Assembly (NCBI GenBank): GCA_017467885.1
Contig: JAFUKC010000002.1
Location: 73,799 to 137,798 of the forward strand
Direction: 5' to 3'
DNA from: Bacteroidaceae bacterium
GTDB lineage: Bacteria > Bacteroidota > Bacteroidia > Bacteroidales > Bacteroidaceae
DNA: 64,000 nucleotides
In this document: positions 9,671-18,851 of the stretch, piece by piece
Position numbering within the stretch: the stretch's first letter is position 1
Layout: every line of letters starts with the position of its first letter
Made by a program: the position numbers and the translations under genes
Notes under the pieces: generated by a model
What the model was told of the DNA's origin: nothing
What the model saw: the letters and a program-made list of their open reading frames with translations, nothing else
Databases searched by the model: none

Positions 9671-10438
9671 TACAGAAACTTTCAGCCCGGCAGCTTTTAC
9701 GAGTGTGGCAATACGGTCGAGTTCTTCGTGTGTTGCTTTTACAAGTTCCTGTTGCGGGGTTTCGCGGTCGATGGTGTATATCATTACTTCGCGTGGAGCA
9801 ATATCCTTGATAACCTGTATCCAAGGCAATACATATTCGTCACCGGTGTTGTTCACATCAATTCCGTTCACAATGCCTTTAAGGAACATGCTCTGAATTA
9901 GAATGTCTCCTTTGAATGCTTTCATTTTTTCGATGATTTCATCGAGGTTGTATGCTTTATTTGGTCGGTCTATTCGATGTATGTATTCCTTATCTACAGT
10001 ATCTAATTTAAGAATGTTGTTATCAACTTTCTTTAGAGCCTCGAACACTGCGGGTCGGTTTAGCATTGTGGAGTTGCTAAGTACGCTCACCTTTGCTGTC
10101 GGAAAGTATTTGTTGCGCAGGGCAATGGTGTCGTCTATTATTTCGGGAAACTTAGGATGAACGGTTGGTTCGCCGTTTCCTGCAAAAGTGAGAACATCGG
10201 GGGTAATACCTTCTGTCTGCATCTTTTTAAGTTGTAGTTCCAATGCTGCAGCCACCTCCTCGCGTGTGGGGAGCGGTGTGTGGCTTCGATGTGTGGCGTT
10301 GAATCCGCATTCGCAGTAAAGGCAATCGAACGAACAGATTTTTCCATCACCCGGCAAAAGATTTATTCCTAATGATATACCCAGACGTCGGCTGTGTATG
10401 GGGCCGAATATCGGCGAGGGGAATATTATTGTTGACAT
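9662..10438 (-). CDS. Radical SAM protein of unassigned function (COG0731-like)
   Basis: CSFDCLYC (CxxxCxxC) cluster preceded by GPIHSRRLGISLGINL. 258 aa. Convergent 9-nt overlap with the znuC-like gene. Confidence 0.75.
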   Translation of the reverse strand: MSTIIFPSPIFGPIHSRRLGISLGINLLPGDGKICSFDCLYCECGFNATHRSHTPLPTREEVAAALELQLKKMQTEGITPDVLTFAGNGEPTVHPKFPEIIDDTIALRNKYFPTAKVSVLSNSTMLNRPAVFEALKKVDNNILKLDTVDKEYIHRIDRPNKAYNLDEIIEKMKAFKGDILIQSMFLKGIVNGIDVNNTGDEYVLPWIQVIKDIAPREVMIYTIDRETPQQELVKATHEELDRIATLVKAAGLKVSVSY

Positions 10439-10444
10439 ACTGCT

Positions 10445-12415
10445 CTATTTATAATTTTCGGGTACTAATTTATCGTTTGTCATACACGACATATATTGTT
10501 GTATGATAGCCTTCAGGTATTCCTGCATCTCATCGGCGATGGCAGAAGCATTTTTGTCAGGTGCTGTTAGAAGGTCGTTATTCATAAGTATATCGTCTTT
10601 GATGTTATACAGCTTGCTTTTGTTTTCTCCATCGAATTGCAGAATATAATCACCGCTGTAATATTGATACATGCCGTTTATATAGTTTACTGCGTATTCT
10701 GTAACAGCCGGTTGCCGGATAAGGCTTTTGCCGAATGCAACAAACGGTTTGTTGTATCCCAGGTAATCTAAAATTGTAGGCATAATGTCAATCTGTTGTG
10801 CAATGTGTGTACTGTCTATGCCGGCGGGCAGGATGGTGTCGCATTCGGGAGTGTAGAATATAATGGGAACCTCGAAATATCCCGAGGATGTCTTGTAGCG
10901 TGGTTCTGTATTTTTATTCGAGTGGTCGGCAGTGAATACGAATAGTGTGTTTTTGAACCAATCGCTATTCTTTGCCGTTTCGAAAAATTGCTTTAACGCA
11001 TAATCGGTGTATTCTATGCATCTCGATAACTCGGTTTTTCCCGCTTTGAACTGTTCTTCGTATTTAAGAGGTAACTTGAATGGATGATGGGATGATGCAC
11101 TGAACATGGCTGTAACAAATGGTTGCGGCATATTGTTCATGCTTTCGGCGTAGAAATGGAAGAATGGTTCGTCCCAAATGGCCCAGGTTCCATCAAAATC
11201 ATCACTGCTGTTGTATTGTGGTGAATTATCGAACTCATCTTTTCCATAATATTCTTTGAATCCGCTTGCTTTGGCAAATGCCTGAAATCCCATAGAACCG
11301 TTTGGGGCTCCATGAAAGAAGGCACTGTGATAGCCGGCCTTACCTAACTCTCCGGCAATACCGCTTACTTTATTTAATGAGGCCGGAGTAACAAAAAAAG
11401 GTTCCACAAACATGGGGATTCCCGATAGAACCGATGGCATCCCGTCGATGCTTTTACGCCCGTTACCGTATGAACGTGCATAAGTGTGGCTCGCTGCTAT
11501 AATGGAATCGAGGAACGGTGTGCGTGAAGTCTCTGCCCGGTCCGGATTCAATGCGCCTATGTATTCTTTTCCCCAACTTTCTAAAATGAATATAACTACA
11601 TTCTTGTTTTTGATGGTATCGTTGTGTATGAACTGTTGCAGAGGTGTGAATAGCCTGTCGGCTTTTTCCTTGGGAAAATAGTTTATTTCGCGGAATGGTT
11701 TTTTCCCGATGGTGCGTATCATTGTGAAGGGGGTAGTGAGTACAACCGCGGCGTCTTTAGTATCGTTTATGAAGCGGTTGGCATCGTTAAGTGTGATGGG
11801 GCGTGTTGTGCGGTCTATACCGCCGCGCATACCTGCTACCATAAGCATTGCCGAGATAACAAGCAGAATAGAACGGGATATGTAATAACGCGGAAGGTTC
11901 CAATCCTCGTAGCGTGCGGTTGTGTATAGCTTGCCGGCAAGCCATATAAAGGCTATGCCCAATAATACAAGGTACCAATGGCTTATTACTTCGGTACCAA
12001 TAATTTCGGAAAGGTTGCCTTCGTTCGAGAATTCCGAGAACACCGACCATGTGGTACGTCGGCCGGTAAAGGGAATATATACAACATCGCATATATTTGC
12101 GATAATTCCAATGCTGTTGCAAAATACATATATAAGGCGGGATAACTTATCGGTAAAAGTGCCCTCTTTGTAATGTAGTGGCAACAATGTAATCAATATA
12201 TAGGGTATATTAAGATAACAGACTGTGGCTGTGTCGAACAAGAGTGCGCCTTTAATCATGTGCCATGCCGACTCGTGTACAAGACTGTCGGCAAGGTAAT
12301 TGTGATTTACAAGCACGAATATTATACGACAAGCGGCAAGCAGTGCATAGGATAGCAGTATATTGTAGATAACAGCTATGAGTATATTCTTTTTTTTATT
12401 GATGAAGGTGCTCAT
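10445..12415 (-). CDS. LTA synthase-family (sulfatase-fold) phosphoglycerol/phosphoalcohol transferase, paralog 1
   Basis: N-terminal multi-TM region plus an alkaline-phosphatase/sulfatase-superfamily domain (VVIFILESWG, SSHHPF, FTADHS). I chose the ATG at 12415 (MSTFINKKK) instead of the ORF-track start at 12529, which would run into the upstream gene. Confidence 0.8.
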   Translation of the reverse strand: MSTFINKKKNILIAVIYNILLSYALLAACRIIFVLVNHNYLADSLVHESAWHMIKGALLFDTATVCYLNIPYILITLLPLHYKEGTFTDKLSRLIYVFCNSIGIIANICDVVYIPFTGRRTTWSVFSEFSNEGNLSEIIGTEVISHWYLVLLGIAFIWLAGKLYTTARYEDWNLPRYYISRSILLVISAMLMVAGMRGGIDRTTRPITLNDANRFINDTKDAAVVLTTPFTMIRTIGKKPFREINYFPKEKADRLFTPLQQFIHNDTIKNKNVVIFILESWGKEYIGALNPDRAETSRTPFLDSIIAASHTYARSYGNGRKSIDGMPSVLSGIPMFVEPFFVTPASLNKVSGIAGELGKAGYHSAFFHGAPNGSMGFQAFAKASGFKEYYGKDEFDNSPQYNSSDDFDGTWAIWDEPFFHFYAESMNNMPQPFVTAMFSASSHHPFKLPLKYEEQFKAGKTELSRCIEYTDYALKQFFETAKNSDWFKNTLFVFTADHSNKNTEPRYKTSSGYFEVPIIFYTPECDTILPAGIDSTHIAQQIDIMPTILDYLGYNKPFVAFGKSLIRQPAVTEYAVNYINGMYQYYSGDYILQFDGENKSKLYNIKDDILMNNDLLTAPDKNASAIADEMQEYLKAIIQQYMSCMTNDKLVPENYK

Positions 12416-12446
12416 TTTGTTTCTCGGTTTGTCTGTTGTTATTTGT

Positions 12447-14318
12447 CTATGGTTGGTTGTTCTCGGGTTTGTTGCTACCCAATTGCAGATAGTCTTGGTA
12501 GGATTTTTGCAATATTGTTTTGGCAACATTTATTCTACGATGCGTGTTGTCATTTGGTTGCTCGAGTATCGGGGTATTTGCATCGAGGTCGTAAACCGAG
12601 AATCCTGTAGAATCGATAAGCGATATTCCGTTGTTGTAGCTATGATAGGCAAACGGGTAACGGTAGATGGGGCTTAAAATGTTACGGCTGAACTTGAAAT
12701 CGTCGATAGGAAGTCCCAATTGGGCAAGTATTGTTGCCGGTATGTCTGTCTGGTTACAAATTGTGCTTATACGGCGTGGCTCTTTTATCGCTCCTCCAAG
12801 CAACAGCAATGGTATACGATTACGCTCAATATTGGTCTGTTTTATCCCTTTAGGATAGCCTGTAGCAGTGTGATCGGCAAAACAGAGGATTAGAGTGTTA
12901 TCCCATACTTTGCTCTTTTTCAGCCTGTCGATGAAATTCCCGAAACAGGAATCGGTGTATGCAAACGAATTGGCAACTTTGTCGTTCTCGATGCGGTGAA
13001 ATGGTACGGCCCAAGGTTCGTGGCTGCTCAATGTCAGATATGTTATGTGCCATGGTGTATGAGATACATTCTCGGCGAGATAAAGTAACGAATCGAAGGT
13101 TATATGGTCGGTAACTCCCCATTTGTGTGTTTCTTGTTGTTTTTTTGTGAAATTATGGTTGGAGATGGTTTTGTTGTATCCCGAGGATAGCATATATCCA
13201 TTCATGTTAGTGAAATTTATATCACCTCCATATAAGAATGTATTGTGATATCCGGCCTTTGACAATGAACCTGCAATTGATGGCAGCGTCTGGCTTTTTA
13301 TGGGTGATTTCATTACCGATGTTTTGGGGAACGATGGGTAACCGCTCAATGCGCATATAAGGCCTCGGTCTGTTCTGTAACTGTTTGCATAGCAGTTTGT
13401 GAAAAATATTCCATCTTGCGACAAACGTTCGAAATTCGGAGTTATATCCTTTTTGCCTCCGAGCTCTTCTACAACTGCCCAGTTGAGCCCTTCGAATATT
13501 ATTGTAATGATATTTGGACGGTTGTTTGTAAGCAGTGTGTCAGAAATATTCGGGTCTTGTTCATATAAACCATTGAAATATTCGTGCAATTCTTTTTCGT
13601 CGAAGAAATTGTAACTGCTGCTGTAATCTTCGTTTTTGCCTAAAGAGTAGAGGAAACTGAAGATGGGGTTTACGGCCGAGTGGTTGATGAATTGTCGGTC
13701 GCTGAAATATACTGTCCCCACATTATTGGTGCTTTCGGTTACTCCTCCGCGTATGCCTAAAAAGAGTATCCCTCCAAACAGCAGTAATGATAGTCCGTTA
13801 AGAGTTTTTTTTGTAGTATTTGCAAATTTTTGCGGCGTGGCTATGTGTAACGGTATTAAGATTATGCCTGAAAGGATTATGAACGAAAGAATACGCAACA
13901 GTATATATTCTGTCGATACGCTTGCTATAGCATTTGTCGGAGAATCGATATAGATAAGGAAAGAGGCATCGAGCTTAAACTCCCAAAAAGGGTAGAGGCT
14001 TATGTCGGCAATAAATGCTATAGAGATAATTGCCGCAACAAGCAGGCTGTATGGTAACAACGTTTTGCGTGGATTTATCTTTGCAAATAACCCGACGATT
14101 GTTATAAGCAACGGTATTGCTGTAAAGTAACCGGCTACAGCTATGTCTAACGGAAGTCCATGCCAAGCGGTCTGCAAGTAATCGATTAGTGTGTATGGCT
14201 CTTTCCCGTTTAAGAACATAAAGAGCAGTCTTGACGGAATGAAGCAAGCGATAAGGATAAGATAGTATCTTACAAGAAATATGACTCTCCCGTTTTTGTT
14301 TATGATATATTTTTTCAT
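12447..14318 (-). CDS. LTA synthase-family (sulfatase-fold) transferase, paralog 2
   Basis: Same architecture as paralog 1 (IITIIFEGLN, LSSHEPW, FADHT). I chose the ATG at 14318 (MKKYIINKNG), which avoids overlap with the RNase H gene. Confidence 0.8.
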   Translation of the reverse strand: MKKYIINKNGRVIFLVRYYLILIACFIPSRLLFMFLNGKEPYTLIDYLQTAWHGLPLDIAVAGYFTAIPLLITIVGLFAKINPRKTLLPYSLLVAAIISIAFIADISLYPFWEFKLDASFLIYIDSPTNAIASVSTEYILLRILSFIILSGIILIPLHIATPQKFANTTKKTLNGLSLLLFGGILFLGIRGGVTESTNNVGTVYFSDRQFINHSAVNPIFSFLYSLGKNEDYSSSYNFFDEKELHEYFNGLYEQDPNISDTLLTNNRPNIITIIFEGLNWAVVEELGGKKDITPNFERLSQDGIFFTNCYANSYRTDRGLICALSGYPSFPKTSVMKSPIKSQTLPSIAGSLSKAGYHNTFLYGGDINFTNMNGYMLSSGYNKTISNHNFTKKQQETHKWGVTDHITFDSLLYLAENVSHTPWHITYLTLSSHEPWAVPFHRIENDKVANSFAYTDSCFGNFIDRLKKSKVWDNTLILCFADHTATGYPKGIKQTNIERNRIPLLLLGGAIKEPRRISTICNQTDIPATILAQLGLPIDDFKFSRNILSPIYRYPFAYHSYNNGISLIDSTGFSVYDLDANTPILEQPNDNTHRRINVAKTILQKSYQDYLQLGSNKPENNQP

Positions 14319-14346
14319 GGTTTGAGCACGTTTTTTGGAAACCTTG

Positions 14347-14970
14347 TCATTTGCGTCCGAAATCGGCAGGAATCTCACCCCAATTGGCTGTATCCCATTT
14401 TCTCAGGTCGTTGGCGTATGTGTTGTTTCTTAACCAATTTTCGGCTCTTTCAATCATCTTGAACAACTCTTCGGTCTTTTCGGTACGCTCGAGTTTTGTC
14501 TTGCAACTTTTCTGCCTTATCCATAGCAGGGCATTGCGACTGTCGCTGTATACAGGCATGTTACTGCCTTTTTTTTTAAGCAGTGCCAAGGCATGTACTA
14601 TTGCAAGGAACTCACCGATGTTATTGGTTCCGTAGATAGGGCCGAAGTGGAATATCTCCTCACCGTTACCCAAATAGACTCCTCTGTATTCCATCATTCC
14701 GGGGTTACCGCTGCATGCTGCGTCTACAGCTAAAGAACAACACTCTACAGCTTGTGGCAGTTTGCCTTTTTCTGTTGATTGCTCTTTCTTGTCGGCTCCT
14801 ATGTACATGTTTGGTGGGGCGCTGTATGCCCGTTCGGCCTCGGCAAGCGATGGAAACGATTTATACAGTGCCTGTTTGACCCCTTTTATCTGTGCCTGAC
14901 ACTCTTCCCAAGTATGGTATATGCCGGGCCGAAGGCCGTTCCAAACTACGTAGAAACGTTTTTTACTCAT
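14347..14970 (-). CDS. rnhA: Ribonuclease H1-type protein with an N-terminal hybrid-binding (Cauli_VI-like) domain
   Basis: N-terminus FYVVWNGLRPGIYHTWEECQAQIKG. RNase H core has DAAC, GEFLA and YSDS acidic residues. Its start codon shares one base with the argS stop. Confidence 0.85.
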   Translation of the reverse strand: MSKKRFYVVWNGLRPGIYHTWEECQAQIKGVKQALYKSFPSLAEAERAYSAPPNMYIGADKKEQSTEKGKLPQAVECCSLAVDAACSGNPGMMEYRGVYLGNGEEIFHFGPIYGTNNIGEFLAIVHALALLKKKGSNMPVYSDSRNALLWIRQKSCKTKLERTEKTEELFKMIERAENWLRNNTYANDLRKWDTANWGEIPADFGRK

Positions 14971-16763
14971 TACATTCTTTCGGGTACTTCTATGCCCAAC
15001 AGCCCCATGGCGCTTTTGATTACTTTACCTACGTTGCGTGTAAGTTGTATGCGCAGTGCTCTTACGGCACTCTCTTCCTCGCGCAGAATGCTGTAGTCGT
15101 GATAGAATTGGTTATACTCTTTTGCAAGTTCGTATGCGTAGTTTGCAATGCCCGAGGGTGAATAGTCGCTGCCTGCTTGGCGTACTATTGCCGGGTAATC
15201 GTTAAGCATACGTATTATAGAGCACTCTTTTTCGGAGATATTTAAGGGTGCCGATACACTTTCTGCCACAACACCGGCCTCGTCGGCTTTACGCTCGATA
15301 GAGCGTGTGCGGGCATAAGTGTATTGAATGAAGGGGCCCGTATTTCCGTTGAAGTCGATGGATTCTTTCGGGTTGAACAGCATGTTTTTGCGTGCATCCA
15401 CTTTCAGCATGAAATATTTTAAGGCTCCCAAGCCTGTTATTCTGTTTATGTCATCGGCCTCCTCGGGTGTAAGATCGTTTAATCTGCCTCCCGATTCGTT
15501 TGATGTCTCTCTTGCAGTGGCAATCATCTCTTCCATCAGGTCGTCGGCATCTACCACAGTCCCTTCGCGGCTTTTCATTTTACCCTCGGGCAACTCTACC
15601 ATGCCATACGAGAAGTGTACCAGGCCTTTTCCCCACGAGAACCCGAGTTTGTCGAGTAGTAGCGACAATACCTGAAAATGGTAATTCTGCTCGTTGCCGA
15701 CAACGTATACCATCTTGTCGATGGGATAATCGCGGAAGCGAAGTTGTGCAGTACCTATGTCCTGTGTCATGTATACCGATGTGCCGTCGCTGCGCAACAG
15801 CAATTTCTCGTCCAAACCGTCTTTGCTTAAATCGGCCCACACCGACCCGTCGTCACGACGGTAGAAAATCCCTTTCTCTAATCCGTTTAGTACGGTCTCT
15901 TTTCCCACAAGATATGTGTCCGATTCGTAATATATCTTATCGAAGTTTACACCTAATTTACGATAGGTTTCGTCGAATCCTTTATACACCCAACCGTTCA
16001 TGGTTTCCCACAATTTGCGCACTTCGCTGTCGCCGGCTTCCCATTTGACAAGCATTTCACGTGCTTCGTTCATCAGGGGGGATGCAGCCTCGGCTTCATC
16101 CTTGCCCATCCCTTTCTCCATTAGTTCGGCAATTTCGGCTTTGAAGTGTTTGTCGAATGCAACGTAATAGTCGCCTATAAGGTGGTCTCCCTTCTTGCCG
16201 CTTGTTTCCGGGGTTTCTCCGTTGCCCCACTTCTGCCATGCCAACATCGACTTGCAGATGTGTATTCCACGGTCGTTTACAATGTTTGTTTTTACAACCT
16301 TGTTGCCGTTGGCTGCAATTATGTTTGCTAAAGCGTAACCTAATAGGTTGTTGCGTATGTGTCCTAAATGTAGTGGCTTGTTTGTGTTGGGTGATGAATA
16401 TTCTATCATTACAAGCGGAGAATTTTCATCTGCTTCTTTGATACCCCATTTTTCGCAACGGTCGATGTCGTTCAGTAACTGAATCCAATAGGCCGAAGAG
16501 ATTGAGATATTTAAAAATCCTTTTACAACATTGAATCCCGAAATCAAAGACTGATTTGCCTTCAAAAATTCTCCTATTTCTTGTGCTGTCTCCTCGGGGC
16601 GTTTGCGTGATAAGGAGAGGAACGGGAATACAACCAACGTGAAGTCGCCTTCAAACTCCTTACGGGTTTTTTGCAACTGAATTTTTTCACTGTCGTAATC
16701 GGTATTGTACAGAGCCTTTATGGCTGCAATAATACTTTCGGTAAGAGTAATTTCTATATTCAT
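14970..16763 (-). CDS. argS: Arginine--tRNA ligase
   Basis: 597 aa, class I HIGH region PNTNKPLHLGHIRN, characteristic C-terminus ending ERM. Confidence 0.95.
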   Translation of the reverse strand: MNIEITLTESIIAAIKALYNTDYDSEKIQLQKTRKEFEGDFTLVVFPFLSLSRKRPEETAQEIGEFLKANQSLISGFNVVKGFLNISISSAYWIQLLNDIDRCEKWGIKEADENSPLVMIEYSSPNTNKPLHLGHIRNNLLGYALANIIAANGNKVVKTNIVNDRGIHICKSMLAWQKWGNGETPETSGKKGDHLIGDYYVAFDKHFKAEIAELMEKGMGKDEAEAASPLMNEAREMLVKWEAGDSEVRKLWETMNGWVYKGFDETYRKLGVNFDKIYYESDTYLVGKETVLNGLEKGIFYRRDDGSVWADLSKDGLDEKLLLRSDGTSVYMTQDIGTAQLRFRDYPIDKMVYVVGNEQNYHFQVLSLLLDKLGFSWGKGLVHFSYGMVELPEGKMKSREGTVVDADDLMEEMIATARETSNESGGRLNDLTPEEADDINRITGLGALKYFMLKVDARKNMLFNPKESIDFNGNTGPFIQYTYARTRSIERKADEAGVVAESVSAPLNISEKECSIIRMLNDYPAIVRQAGSDYSPSGIANYAYELAKEYNQFYHDYSILREEESAVRALRIQLTRNVGKVIKSAMGLLGIEVPERM

Positions 16764-17078
16764 GATATATGTTTGTTTATTCTCTGCAAAATGAATGTCT
16801 TAAATATCTCTTTGCAAGCAAAGAGTTTGCTGTTATGTAAAAATCGTTGCGAAGATACAAAATATATATGGTTTTTTCTTTTTTAAGGTGCGAAAATGCA
16901 ACTCTTCTTCTGTCAAATTCTGCAAAAATGCAATTCGTTTAGGTTAAAAATAGAAAAAAGGAGATGATTTTGACGGTTATTTTTGCCGTAATTATGTTTG
17001 TTCGCTTGTTTTGCCGCTTGGTTTGTATTAATTTTGGCGCCGAATTTCGGCAGTCTGCAATTTCGGGCTATCGTTTAA

Positions 17079-17780
17079 ATGTTTATAAATACAGTTCTTA
17101 TGAGAGAAATACCAATGGTGACCAAAAATCTGCTGGCTATAAACATAATTATGTTTCTTGCGGTTGTGGTTGCCGATAAATATGGCATAGACCTTGACGC
17201 TTTGTTGGGGTTGCACCTTTTTCTTGCCGATGACTTCAGGCCATGGCAATTGATTACATATATGTTTATGCACGACGGGTTTACCCATATTTTCTTTAAT
17301 ATGTTTGCATTGTATATGTTTGGCGGCTTGCTTGAGAGGGTGTGGGGTTCTAAACGCTTTCTGACATATTATATGGTTGCCGGCATTGGAGCCGGTCTTA
17401 TTCAGGAGTTGGTGCAGTATGTCTATTTTGAGAATGTACTTGCCGGATATCAAGGCGTAAATATGGCCGGACACATAATAAAGATGGGCGATTATCTGAA
17501 TATGTGGATAACTGTCGGTGCTTCGGGTGCTGTATACGGCATACTGCTTGCCTTTGCCATGATGTTCCCCAACGAACGTCTTTTTGTCTTTCCGATACCT
17601 TTCCCGATAAAGGCAAAATATTTTGTGATGATATTCGGAGCGTTGGAACTTATTTCGGGCATAAGTCCGAGTGCCGGAGACAATGTTGCTCATTTTGCTC
17701 ATTTGGGTGGTATGTTGTTCGGCTTTTTGTTGATATTGTATTGGCGTAAAACAGGAAGAATCAATGGACCGTTTTTTTAA
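17079..17780 (+). CDS. Rhomboid family intramembrane serine protease
   Basis: Catalytic Ser motif GASGAVYG and catalytic His motif AHFAHLGG. The start could instead be the ATG at 17100 or 17115. Confidence 0.85.
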   Translation: MFINTVLMREIPMVTKNLLAINIIMFLAVVVADKYGIDLDALLGLHLFLADDFRPWQLITYMFMHDGFTHIFFNMFALYMFGGLLERVWGSKRFLTYYMVAGIGAGLIQELVQYVYFENVLAGYQGVNMAGHIIKMGDYLNMWITVGASGAVYGILLAFAMMFPNERLFVFPIPFPIKAKYFVMIFGALELISGISPSAGDNVAHFAHLGGMLFGFLLILYWRKTGRINGPFF

Positions 17781-18666
17781 AGATATTTGGGCAAAGTTTC
17801 GCAACGAGGATATTGTTGGAAAATATATCTACGTTAATGTTGCGGTGTATGTGATAATTGCACTTACCGGGGTATTTGCTACGCTTTTTGCTGCAAATGC
17901 CAAGGTTGGCGCATTCTTCTCGTTGTTTGAGATGCCTTCCGATTTTACCCGCTTTATATCAACCCCCTGGAGTATTATTACCTATATGTTTATGCATCAG
18001 GAGATTATGCATGTTTTGTGGAATATGCTGGCTCTTTATGTGTTTGGCAAAATATTCCTGTCTTACTACTCCACTCGTCATTTTATCGGTGTGTATTTGC
18101 TTGGTGGAATAATGGGTGGATTCTTCTTTTTACTGGCATATAATGTTTTTCCTTATTTTGAAGAGAGTGTGCTGTATTCTTACCTGATAGGGGCGTCGGC
18201 GTCGGTGTTGGCTGTAGTTATGGCTGTTGCGGTACGCAGTCCTCAACATCGTGTCAATATGCTTTTCTTCGGTCCTGTGAAGCTTATTACAATTGCACTC
18301 GCAACTGTGCTACTTTCGATGTTGTTGGTTACATCCGACAATGCCGGCGGTAATATTGCCCATCTGGGGGGTGCCTTTGCCGGTTGGCTGTTTGCATATA
18401 TGCTTAACAAGGGGTATGAGATAACAAAGCCGATTAATGTGGTTATTGATTTCTTTGCCGGCTTGCCGAAGCGCCGTTTCTCTTTCTCTCGTAAACCAAA
18501 GATGCGCTTCGAGAAAGGTGGGAAACGTTCTTCTGATTATGAGTATAATGCAAAAAAGAGGGCACAAGCCGATGATATCGACACCATTCTCGACAAAGTG
18601 AAGCATAGCGGTTATTCTTCGCTCAGTGAAGATGAAAAGAGGCGTTTGTTCGATGCTTCCAAATAG
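17764..18666 (+). CDS. Rhomboid family intramembrane serine protease with a basic C-terminal cytoplasmic extension
   Basis: GASASV and IAHLGGAFAG motifs. It overlaps the upstream rhomboid gene by 17 nt. The tail reads PKRRFSFSRKPKMRFEKGGKR...LSEDEKRRLF. Confidence 0.85.
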   Translation: MDRFFKDIWAKFRNEDIVGKYIYVNVAVYVIIALTGVFATLFAANAKVGAFFSLFEMPSDFTRFISTPWSIITYMFMHQEIMHVLWNMLALYVFGKIFLSYYSTRHFIGVYLLGGIMGGFFFLLAYNVFPYFEESVLYSYLIGASASVLAVVMAVAVRSPQHRVNMLFFGPVKLITIALATVLLSMLLVTSDNAGGNIAHLGGAFAGWLFAYMLNKGYEITKPINVVIDFFAGLPKRRFSFSRKPKMRFEKGGKRSSDYEYNAKKRAQADDIDTILDKVKHSGYSSLSEDEKRRLFDASK

Positions 18667-18795
18667 AATCCGTTATAGTCTGTTTCTTCCTAAAAGGAAT
18701 GTAATATCTGTGTAAAAATACGGGTGCTGAATCTTATTGTGTGCTTAATAATCAATAAAAAGATCTATATGGCTGCTTGTTTAAGAAAAAAATAT

Positions 18796-18803
18796 TATAT
18801 TTG
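18796..18803 (+). promoter_or_regulatory. Candidate Bacteroidota -7 promoter box (TAtaTTTG) for secDF
   Basis: tatatttg lies 49 nt upstream of the secDF ATG. Only a weak TTG stands at the expected -33 position. Confidence 0.35.
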
Positions 18804-18851
18804 CAAACTTTTAAACAGAACAAAACTAAATCATAAATAAAAATTAAAAAA

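Noticed and set aside
16764-17078. 315-bp argS/rhomboid divergent spacer containing the small hairpin ctctttgc-aa-gcaaagag (16808-16825), repeated aaaatgcaa words and a 71-aa ORF (16964-17179)
   Set aside because: The elements are short and weak. There is no T-box-like specifier/antiterminator architecture upstream of argS, and the ORF is hydrophobic low-complexity sequence overlapping the rhomboid start. This is most likely just two promoters.
17028-17804. 258-aa minus-strand ORF covering the first rhomboid gene
   Set aside because: The plus-strand frame carries clear rhomboid catalytic motifs. The antisense translation is basic low-complexity sequence.
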